From Candidatus Fraserbacteria bacterium (GTDB lineage: Bacteria > Bipolaricaulota > Bipolaricaulia > RBG-16-55-9), in the NCBI GenBank assembly GCA_037442925.1, contig JBBIPG010000021.1:1-32065 (forward strand): a stretch of DNA of 32,065 bases, written 5' to 3'. The notes under the pieces are model-generated. The model saw only the letters and a list, made by a program, of their open reading frames with translations. It did not search any database and was not told where the DNA came from. Below, piece by piece: positions 25,243 to 32,065 of the stretch (position 1 is the first letter of the stretch; the number at the start of each line of letters is the position of its first letter). A program made the position numbers and the translations under genes.

Positions 25243-26646
25243 ATGATCGTGATGAAATTTGGTGGCACATCCGTCCAGGGCGCTGCGGCCATGCGGCAAG
25301 TTGCGCAGATCGTCCGATCACGCGTCGCTCGCAGGCCAGCTGTCGTTGTCTCCGCGATGTCCGGCGTTACGGACGCGCTCACCCGCTGCGCGCAAGAGGC
25401 TCACCAAGGCCATGAACAAGAGGCGCTTCGACAGCTAGAATTGCTGACAGAACGCCATCTGATAACCAGCAACGAGCTAATCCAAGATCATTCACACCAA
25501 CGGCCGCTGCATGACGCTATCGAAAAGCATTTTCAGGAGATTCAGCTGCTGCTGCGCGGACTAGCCCTCTTGGGAGAGCTAACTCCTCGTTCGCTCGATG
25601 CCGTCATGGCGTATGGTGAACGACTCTCTTCGCTTCTTCTGGTCGCGGCCCTGCGCGCTCGTCAATTGAAAGCCGAATGGGTCGATGCACGCGAGTGGAT
25701 GATCACGGACGATCAATTCACGCGCGCCAATCCATTGATGGAGCTTTGTGAAACCAGGGCGCGAGAGTTAATGTCTCCTCTGATCAAGAAGGGGAAGATT
25801 CCAGTGACTCAAGGCTTCCTTGGAGCCACGCAAGATGGCCGCACGACGACCCTGGGACGCGGTGGCTCAGACTACTCCGCAGCCGTTCTGGGAGCCTTGC
25901 TCGATGCAGAGGAAATCGAGATCTGGACTGATGTCGATGGGGTGATGACCGCAGATCCCCGGATCGTACCGGAAGCCCATACGATCTCGGAGCTGTCCTA
26001 TGCTGAGGCGGCGGAGCTGGCATATTTCGGTGCGAAAGTGCTCCATCCCAAGACCATCTTGCCCGCCATCGAGCGGAACATTCCCTTACGAATCTTGAAC
26101 ACCTTTTCGCCGGGAAAGACAGGTACGCGCATCGTTCGACAAGTGTGCAACGACGGGCGCACGGTGAAGGCGATCACGGCGATCACGGGGCTGAGCCTAG
26201 TGACCGTCGAGGGTCGAGGAATGCTGGGGGTTCCGGGAATCGCGGCCAAGGTCTTTACAGCCGTGGCTCGTGAGAGCGTGAATGTGCTCATGATCTCGCA
26301 GTCATCGTCCGAGCAAAGCATCTGTTTTGTCGTGGAAACAAGCTCTGCGGGTCAGGCGCTGAAGGCCCTACACGAAGTGTTCGAGCTGGAACTTGTGCGG
26401 CGCAATATCGATCGCATTGAGGCGCAAGAGGGCGTGGCGATTGTAGCTGTCGTGGGAGCCGGAATGCGCGGCACGCCAGGGATCGGTGCCAAAGTCTTCG
26501 GAGCGTTGGGCAAGGGCCAGATCAACGTCATCTCTGTGGCTCAGGGATCTTCGGAGCATAATCTGTCGCTCGTGGTACACGAAAATGACGCTAAAAAAGC
26601 TATTCAACACATTCATCAAGAGTTCAGGTTGGGTGAGCCTGAATGA
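25243..26646 (+). CDS. lysC: Aspartate kinase with two ACT domains
   Basis: MKFGGTSV, VVSAMSGVTD, TTLGRGGSDYSA, WTDVDG, AYFGAKVLHP, ACT motifs ISQSSSE and VAQGSSE. Confidence 0.96.
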   Translation: MIVMKFGGTSVQGAAAMRQVAQIVRSRVARRPAVVVSAMSGVTDALTRCAQEAHQGHEQEALRQLELLTERHLITSNELIQDHSHQRPLHDAIEKHFQEIQLLLRGLALLGELTPRSLDAVMAYGERLSSLLLVAALRARQLKAEWVDAREWMITDDQFTRANPLMELCETRARELMSPLIKKGKIPVTQGFLGATQDGRTTTLGRGGSDYSAAVLGALLDAEEIEIWTDVDGVMTADPRIVPEAHTISELSYAEAAELAYFGAKVLHPKTILPAIERNIPLRILNTFSPGKTGTRIVRQVCNDGRTVKAITAITGLSLVTVEGRGMLGVPGIAAKVFTAVARESVNVLMISQSSSEQSICFVVETSSAGQALKALHEVFELELVRRNIDRIEAQEGVAIVAVVGAGMRGTPGIGAKVFGALGKGQINVISVAQGSSEHNLSLVVHENDAKKAIQHIHQEFRLGEPE

Positions 26647-27857
26647 ATACGGAACAATTTTTGCGGTCTTTGAAGGCAGCTCAGGAACAGCTTCACGAGA
26701 TGGAGCAACGTCTTCGAGATGATCCAGAAAGCTTCTTGGCTCTCTTAAAGAACGTGATGACAGGCCGTTTGGGCATCGAAGTTCCCATCATCCAACTGGG
26801 GCTTGGCAGCGTCGGGCGTGCACTTGTGAATCAGATCGTCGCGAATCGCAAACTTCGTGATGAGCGATTCGATGTTGCCCGTTCGCTGAAATATATTGCG
26901 ATCGCAGATCGAGATGGGGTTGTCCTCAACAAGCAGGGAATCCCAGATGAACAGCTAGCGAAGATCGTCGAGATGAAAGCCCAGGGGTCGCGCTTGCGCG
27001 ATGTAGAAGGTGGGCAATCATGGAATGGGGAGACATCGTTGCTTGATGCCTGCGAAAGTCCGACAGCAGTTGTTGTGGATGCATCAGCAAGCGAAATCAC
27101 CGTAACCACCTTGTTAGAAGCAAGAGCTCGAGAGCATAGGATCGTCCTCGCGAATAAGCTCCCGCTGACCGGACCCTATGAGATCTTCCGTGAACTCACA
27201 TCCAGCCGGAGAGTTCGCTTTGAGACGACCGTGGGCGCGGCGCTCCCTGTGATCTCTACACTGCAATCCTTCTTGCTCGACACAGGCGATACTGTCAGGC
27301 GCATTCGTGGCTGTGTCTCCGGCACACTCAACATGGTCTGCCAGCGACTAGAGAGAGCTGAGAAGCTCTCGGAGATCGTGCGCGATGCCAAAGCCCAGGG
27401 CCATACAGAGCCAGATCCACGTGAAGATCTAGGAGGACGCGATGCAGCCCGAAAGGCGCTCATTCTGGCTCGGCTACTCGGCTACCCGCTGGAGTTCAAG
27501 GACGTGGAGATCGAGCCTCTCTACCCGCCCGAAATGGACGCGCTCTCGGTCGATGAGTTCATGAAGCGTTTGAGCCAACACGACCAGCATTTCGTGGAAC
27601 TCGCACACAAAGCCAAAGCGCAAAATCGCAAGCTGCGCTATGTGATCGAAGTGACGGAAGATCGCTGCCGAGCGCATCTGGAACAGCTTTCGCTTGACGA
27701 TGAGCTACTGCGGCCTGGCGTGGCCGATAGTGTCGTGGCCTTTGAGACAACACGCTATCGCGATAGTCCATTGATCGTCCGCGGCAAAGGTTCGGGGCCG
27801 GAACTTACGGCATCGGGTGTGTTGGCGGATATTCTGCTGCTGGCTCAAGCCATGTGA
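26643..27857 (+). CDS. hom: Homoserine dehydrogenase (ThrA/MetL C-half type) with N-terminal extension
   Basis: GLGSVG, ANK, FETTVGAALPVI, SGTLN, TEPDPREDLGGRDAARK and G.GSG...TASGV..D. Confidence 0.9.
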   Translation: MNTEQFLRSLKAAQEQLHEMEQRLRDDPESFLALLKNVMTGRLGIEVPIIQLGLGSVGRALVNQIVANRKLRDERFDVARSLKYIAIADRDGVVLNKQGIPDEQLAKIVEMKAQGSRLRDVEGGQSWNGETSLLDACESPTAVVVDASASEITVTTLLEARAREHRIVLANKLPLTGPYEIFRELTSSRRVRFETTVGAALPVISTLQSFLLDTGDTVRRIRGCVSGTLNMVCQRLERAEKLSEIVRDAKAQGHTEPDPREDLGGRDAARKALILARLLGYPLEFKDVEIEPLYPPEMDALSVDEFMKRLSQHDQHFVELAHKAKAQNRKLRYVIEVTEDRCRAHLEQLSLDDELLRPGVADSVVAFETTRYRDSPLIVRGKGSGPELTASGVLADILLLAQAM

Positions 27858-27866
27858 GGCGCGTTT

Positions 27867-28655
27867 ATGCGCATTGGGTTCTATCAGTTTTCGCCCCGCT
27901 TTGGAGAGGTGAAGGCCAACCTGCAACGCATCGCCTCCGCACTTGAGGGCGTCAAGGCCGACTTGTTGGTGCTACCCGAGCTAGGCAACAGTGGGTATCT
28001 CTTTCTCAGCCAAGCTGAACTGCAAGCTGTGGCAGAGTCCATCCCCGGCCCTACGACTCACTTCTTGCAGAGCCTAGCGCGCAAGCATAACTGCCATTTC
28101 GTCTTGGGGATGCCCGAACGCGCTGGGACTGCCCTCTATAACAGCGCGGTACTCGTTGGCCCTAAAGGGGTGTTGGGAGTATACCGCAAGGTACATCTCT
28201 TCGACGAGGAGAAGAATCTCTTTGAGCCGGGTGATCTCGGCTTTCCCCTCTTTGAAGTGCAGGGCATTCCCATCGGTATTCTGATCTGCTTCGACCATAT
28301 GTTCCCGGAAGCCGCGCGCACGTTGGCATTGAAGGGCGCACAGGTCATTTGCCACCCATCGAATCTCGTGTTGCCCACCTACGGTCAGCTCACCACACGC
28401 GTGCGCTCGATCGAGAACCGTGTGTTTTGGGTGTTAGCCAATCGCTGTGGCACGGAAGATCGTGACACCAAGAAATTGACGTATACCGGCTGCAGCCAGA
28501 TCACCGCGCCCGATGGGACGATTCTCGCCGAAGCCTCCGCCGAAGAGGAGACGCTACGTGTGGTAGAAATCGATCCATCGCAAGCACTCGACAAGCATGT
28601 GACGCGCCTCAACGATCTCTTTCAAGATCGTCGCCCGGAGTGCTATGAATTGTAG
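27867..28655 (+). CDS. Nitrilase/carbon-nitrogen hydrolase family protein
   Basis: Glu-Lys-Cys triad: VLPEL, YRKVHLF and ICFD..FPE. Confidence 0.93.
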   Translation: MRIGFYQFSPRFGEVKANLQRIASALEGVKADLLVLPELGNSGYLFLSQAELQAVAESIPGPTTHFLQSLARKHNCHFVLGMPERAGTALYNSAVLVGPKGVLGVYRKVHLFDEEKNLFEPGDLGFPLFEVQGIPIGILICFDHMFPEAARTLALKGAQVICHPSNLVLPTYGQLTTRVRSIENRVFWVLANRCGTEDRDTKKLTYTGCSQITAPDGTILAEASAEEETLRVVEIDPSQALDKHVTRLNDLFQDRRPECYEL

Positions 28656-28722
28656 CTTATCTGCTGTGTACTCTGCTGTAAGTGATCTAGCGGTAAGTCT
28701 CAGCCAAGCGAGCGGGCAGTGA

Positions 28723-28755
28723 CCCTGGGGCTTTCTGTAAGCCTCGGGGGTTTTT
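28723..28755 (+). terminator. Intrinsic terminator after the asd operon
   Basis: Stem ccctggggctt/aagcctcgggg (two G-U pairs) followed by gttttt. Confidence 0.6.
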
Positions 28756-28767
28756 ATAATAGATGGG

Positions 28768-30165
28768 ATGATCGAGAAAGTTCGGAAGACGATTCAGAAG
28801 CACAACATGCTCCAGCTGGGTGATCGGGTTCTGGTTGCCGTCTCCGGCGGCGTTGATTCCATTGCACTCCTTCGCGCTCTACATGAGCTGAGAGGGGAAT
28901 GGCAGCTCGAGCTTGCTGTAGCCCATCTGGATCATCGGATGCGGCCGGGTTCAGAGCATGACGCCCGCTTCGTGGCTGACTACGCTGCATCGCTCAAGCT
29001 CCCTTGTGTTTGCGAGACCATCGATGTTCCCAAGTACATTCAGAGTGAGAAGCTCTCACCGGAAGAGGGAGCGCGGCGGGTGCGCTATGGTTTCTTAATG
29101 AGAACGGCACGCCGACTCCACGCGAATGTCATTGCTCTTGGGCATAATCTGGACGACCAGGTAGAGACGTTCTTCCTGCGTCTGCTACGTGGCGCAGGTC
29201 TGGCGGGCTTGTCCGGCATCCCTCCAGCGCGCTCCGAAGGCGATGTGAGGTACATCCGCCCGCTCATTGACTGCTCACGAGAAGAGATCCTTGCCTACGC
29301 TCATGCCAAAAGACTCGAGTATCGCGACGATCCCACGAATCAAGAAGTAAAATTCTTGCGCAACCGCGTACGCTGGGAACTCCTGCCTCTTCTGCGAAAG
29401 TACAATCCCAACGTGCTGGAGACCGTAGCCAGGGCGGAAGAGACCCTGCGCAAAGCCAACCAATACCTTCAGCGTGTTGCAGAGAAGGAGTTCCAGCAGG
29501 CATTGGTTCGTGAGAACTCGGAAGAGATCGCACTGAATAGGCATCGGGTTTCCGCTCTAGAAGAACTCATGCAAGAATATGTGCTACGGGAAGCGATCCG
29601 TCGGATTCAGGGGAACCTCCAAGGCATTGAGGCCGTTCACGTCGAACACATGCGAACTGAACTTGCCAGGGGGCACGGTGGAGCTCAAGTCACCCTGCCC
29701 GGAGGCATACGATTTGTGATGCAAAGCGACCACGTGCTCCTCACCCGCCGGCCATCACCAGGGCCTTCCACACCCTACTGCTTCCCGCTCCATAGGGACG
29801 GGAAGAACTCTCTAGAGCCCATTGGCTGGCGCTTTGAGCTAACTCTTCTCGAGGGCAGCCATCCCGACCCTGCGGATCACTTGGAAGCGCGGATCGATTC
29901 CGCTACAATAGTCGAGCCCTTGTACGCGCGCAATTGGCGTCGGGGTGATCGCTTCAGGCCGCTGGGTTTGGGAGGCACCAAGAAGTTGCAAGACTACTTC
30001 GTCGATGCGAAGATCCCACGTGGAGAACGCGACCGGATCTCACTAGTCTGTGACCAAGAGGGGATTCTTTGGGTCGTCGGATGGTGCGTGAGTGAACGGT
30101 GCCGGGTCACTCCACAAACCCTTCAGACTCTATGTATTCGAGCAATACCCTTGAAGGAGGAGTAA
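28768..30165 (+). CDS. tilS: tRNA(Ile)-lysidine synthetase
   Basis: SGGVDS PP-loop, HLDHRMR, HNLDDQVET, RNRVR and the C-terminal KKLQDYFVDAKIP. Confidence 0.97.
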   Translation: MIEKVRKTIQKHNMLQLGDRVLVAVSGGVDSIALLRALHELRGEWQLELAVAHLDHRMRPGSEHDARFVADYAASLKLPCVCETIDVPKYIQSEKLSPEEGARRVRYGFLMRTARRLHANVIALGHNLDDQVETFFLRLLRGAGLAGLSGIPPARSEGDVRYIRPLIDCSREEILAYAHAKRLEYRDDPTNQEVKFLRNRVRWELLPLLRKYNPNVLETVARAEETLRKANQYLQRVAEKEFQQALVRENSEEIALNRHRVSALEELMQEYVLREAIRRIQGNLQGIEAVHVEHMRTELARGHGGAQVTLPGGIRFVMQSDHVLLTRRPSPGPSTPYCFPLHRDGKNSLEPIGWRFELTLLEGSHPDPADHLEARIDSATIVEPLYARNWRRGDRFRPLGLGGTKKLQDYFVDAKIPRGERDRISLVCDQEGILWVVGWCVSERCRVTPQTLQTLCIRAIPLKEE

Positions 30166-30175
30166 GGATTCCATC

Positions 30176-31231
30176 GTGCTTTCCATTCTGATTACACTGC
30201 TCGTTTTTGTCTTTACGATCAGCCTGCTGGTCTTCATTCATGAAGGAGGCCATTACCTGGCGGCCAAATGGGCCCGGGTCTGGGTGCATGAGTTTGCCAT
30301 CGGCTTCGGACCTGCCATCTGGCGCCGCAAGTGGGGAGAGACGCAATACGCCTTACGCCTTCTGCCGCTGGGCGGCTTCGTGCGCCTGGCGGGGGAAGAC
30401 GCTCAAAGCGAGGAAGATCAACAAGTCCCGTCGGATCGACTCTTCACAGCGAAATCACCTCTGGCTCGCATGGGGATCGTCTTTGCTGGACCGCTCGCGA
30501 ACATTGTCGTTGCGGTATTGTTGATGATCGCCCACACGGGCATCTTTGGGGTGCCCTATGTGCTGATCAAAGAGGTGAACGCAGCTTCACCCGCGCAGGG
30601 CATCCTGCAGAGCGGCGATAGGATCGTTCAGCTGAACGGACAAGACCTCTACTTCACGGGGCAGCTTCAACAGATCGTCCAAGAGTCCGAGGGGCGTCCG
30701 GTGGCAGCCATCGTCGAGCGACAGGGGGAGCAGTTGACAATGACCCTCACCCCGTACTTCGATCCATCGTTGGAGATGTATCTCATCGGCATTGTGCCGC
30801 AGGAGGCCCATCGCAAATCTCAGGGTGTCATAGAGAGCGTCTCCATCGGGTTTAAGCGTATTGTTGACTTGCTGGTGCGGCTCTATAGTGGGATCAAGCA
30901 GGTGATCACGGGAAAGACGAGTGCGGGTGAGGCATTTCGTGGGCCGGTGGGCATCGCCAATATCTTGGGCTGGAGCATCATGCAAGGGCTCTATCAATTC
31001 TTCCTCATGGTGGCTCTGCTTAATCTGGTCTTGGGGGTTTTCAATTTGATCCCGTTCCCGGCGCTGGATGGCAGTCGTATCGTCTTTGCGCTATATGAAA
31101 TGGTGCGGGGGAAACCCATACCGGCTGAGCAGGAGGGCTGGATTCATTATGTGGGGTTCATCATCTTGATGGGCTTAATCGTCTTGATCACGTGGCAAGA
31201 TATTCAGAGGCTCTTCCGTGGAGAGCTCTAG
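30176..31231 (+). CDS. rseP: Site-2 intramembrane metalloprotease with PDZ domain
   Basis: HEGGH, FAIGFGP, PLGGFV, AGPLAN, a PDZ region and NLIPFPALDG. Confidence 0.95.
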   Translation: MLSILITLLVFVFTISLLVFIHEGGHYLAAKWARVWVHEFAIGFGPAIWRRKWGETQYALRLLPLGGFVRLAGEDAQSEEDQQVPSDRLFTAKSPLARMGIVFAGPLANIVVAVLLMIAHTGIFGVPYVLIKEVNAASPAQGILQSGDRIVQLNGQDLYFTGQLQQIVQESEGRPVAAIVERQGEQLTMTLTPYFDPSLEMYLIGIVPQEAHRKSQGVIESVSIGFKRIVDLLVRLYSGIKQVITGKTSAGEAFRGPVGIANILGWSIMQGLYQFFLMVALLNLVLGVFNLIPFPALDGSRIVFALYEMVRGKPIPAEQEGWIHYVGFIILMGLIVLITWQDIQRLFRGEL

Positions 31232-31245
31232 TTTACAGTAAGAAG

Positions 31246-31274
31246 TTGACAGTGCCAGAGGCGCTCGTTATCAT
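31246..31274 (+). promoter_or_regulatory. Sigma70-type promoter for tRNA-Gln
   Basis: TTGACA-17-TATCAT, 13 nt before the tRNA. Confidence 0.78.
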
Positions 31275-31287
31275 GCAACGCGTTTTT

Positions 31288-31358
31288 TGGGAGATCGTCT
31301 AACGGTAGGACGACGGGCTCTGGACCCGTTAGTGGGGGTTCGAATCCTCCTCTCCCAG
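31288..31358 (+). tRNA. tRNA-Gln(CTG), CCA not encoded
   Basis: Acceptor stem TGGGAGA/TCTCCCA, anticodon arm ACGGG-CT-CTG-GA-CCCGT, T-loop GTTCGAATC. Followed by CCC rather than CCA. Confidence 0.96.
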
Positions 31359-31452
31359 CCCGCTCCTACTCTAGTTCCTGGACTCGCATTACTCTGCGCT
31401 CTTGCCGTTAGCCTGAAAATTGAATCCGAGAAAGCCTTGCTGCTAAGCTTAG

Positions 31453-32065
31453 ACACAAGTCTTTCACGGAGTCAAGAGGGCCTCCTGCGCTAATTTGGGG
31501 ATGGAGACAGGGGAGAGAGTCTGGAAGCCCCAGAGAAGCAATCTCCCCAGGGTGGCGAACCACTCCTTCACCTCCGTGACCGTCTGGATCAGGCTCCATC
31601 CCCACTTTTGCCGAACCTCTCCCCAGCGCGGCTTCTCTCCCAGCAACTGCTTACCCCAGCGGGTCAGCCCTGCCAGCACATAGGCCAACAGCACCAACTC
31701 CACCCAACGGGAGAGACTCTGTTCCCCCCGGCAGCGGCAGTCTCCCAATCCGAACTGTTCCTTGAGCATCCTGAACATCACTTCGATGCCCCAGCGGCCT
31801 CTGAGGTGCCGCAGGATCTGCTGCCTGCTCAACGACAGGTCGGTACAGATGACCGTCCGGCGTCCCTTGCCCCGTCCGCGATGGACGACCACCACCGGAA
31901 CCTCCAGCCCTTGCAGATATGCGATCGTCTCCTCTGGTACATCCCAGGCCCGTCGCCCATCGGAAAGCCTCCGGTTCTTCTTCACCCAACCGATGACTGT
32001 GAATCCACGGGCTACCGCGGCCCGGATCACCTCGGTGCAGCAATAGACACTGTCCATCAACACGA
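31453..32065 (-). mobile_element. Right end of an IS4/IS701-like insertion sequence, truncated by the window edge
   Basis: Terminal inverted repeat acacaagtctttcacg (31453..31468) plus the C-terminal part of a DDE transposase. Confidence 0.9.
31464..32065 (-). CDS. DDE transposase, C-terminal part (IS4/IS701-like)
   Basis: MDSVY (second catalytic D) and RWGIEVMFRMLKEQFGL (W.IE..FR..K). The stop codon lies inside the terminal inverted repeat. Confidence 0.92.
   Translation of the reverse strand, partial: VLMDSVYCCTEVIRAAVARGFTVIGWVKKNRRLSDGRRAWDVPEETIAYLQGLEVPVVVVHRGRGKGRRTVICTDLSLSRQQILRHLRGRWGIEVMFRMLKEQFGLGDCRCRGEQSLSRWVELVLLAYVLAGLTRWGKQLLGEKPRWGEVRQKWGWSLIQTVTEVKEWFATLGRLLLWGFQTLSPVSIPKLAQEALLTP

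Noticed and set aside
129..31452. Composite transposon or genomic island between the IS copies
   Set aside because: The cargo is core housekeeping (mutL, tilS, thr genes, tRNAs). There is no integrase, no att repeat of either tRNA 3' end was seen, and the outer IS ends are not visible.
1..32065. Circular element closed through the transposase
   Set aside because: The left fragment gives only 19 N-terminal residues and the right begins near the second catalytic Asp. The ends do not overlap.
1..32065. CRISPR array, rRNA, prophage or defence island
   Set aside because: No regularly spaced DNA repeats, rRNA signatures, phage genes or defence genes other than vapBC were recognised.

Overview
Bacterial chromosomal segment of moderately high GC, probably a metagenome-assembled contig. 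It is bounded at both ends by partial copies of the same IS4/IS701-like insertion sequence: a 16-bp terminal inverted repeat at 113..128 and 31453..31468, with the transposase 5' end at the left and its 3' end at the right. Core content: pepA, yggU/DUF167, a CNNM/HlyC transporter, tRNA-Arg(CCG), an aspartate aminotransferase, mutL, an MFS transporter, a threonine cluster (apgM-like putative homoserine kinase, thrC, asd, lysC, hom), a nitrilase-family hydrolase, tilS, rseP and tRNA-Gln(CTG). Interspersed are many secreted or envelope proteins: beta-strand-rich putative barrels, CARDB, DUF4397, lamin-tail, a PKD/PrcB lipoprotein and a modular S8 protease. Their style suggests Ca. Bipolaricaulota (Acetothermia)/Fraserbacteria, which is inference only. 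Most interesting observations: (1) an unannotatable 196-aa protein with relic sigma2/sigma4 motifs and an HCxxC insert, coupled to a zinc anti-sigma/TM/HEAT protein; (2) a FlgD/T9SS-like C-terminal domain shared by two unrelated secreted proteins; (3) a dentilisin-like PrcB plus subtilase pair; (4) an Illumina adapter sequence replacing the metal-binding motif of the apgM-like gene, a probable assembly artifact; (5) a hidden P-loop kinase remnant between asd and lysC; (6) a vapBC pair between thrC and apgM; (7) several candidate leaderless genes. All family calls come from motif recognition by eye; no searches were run.
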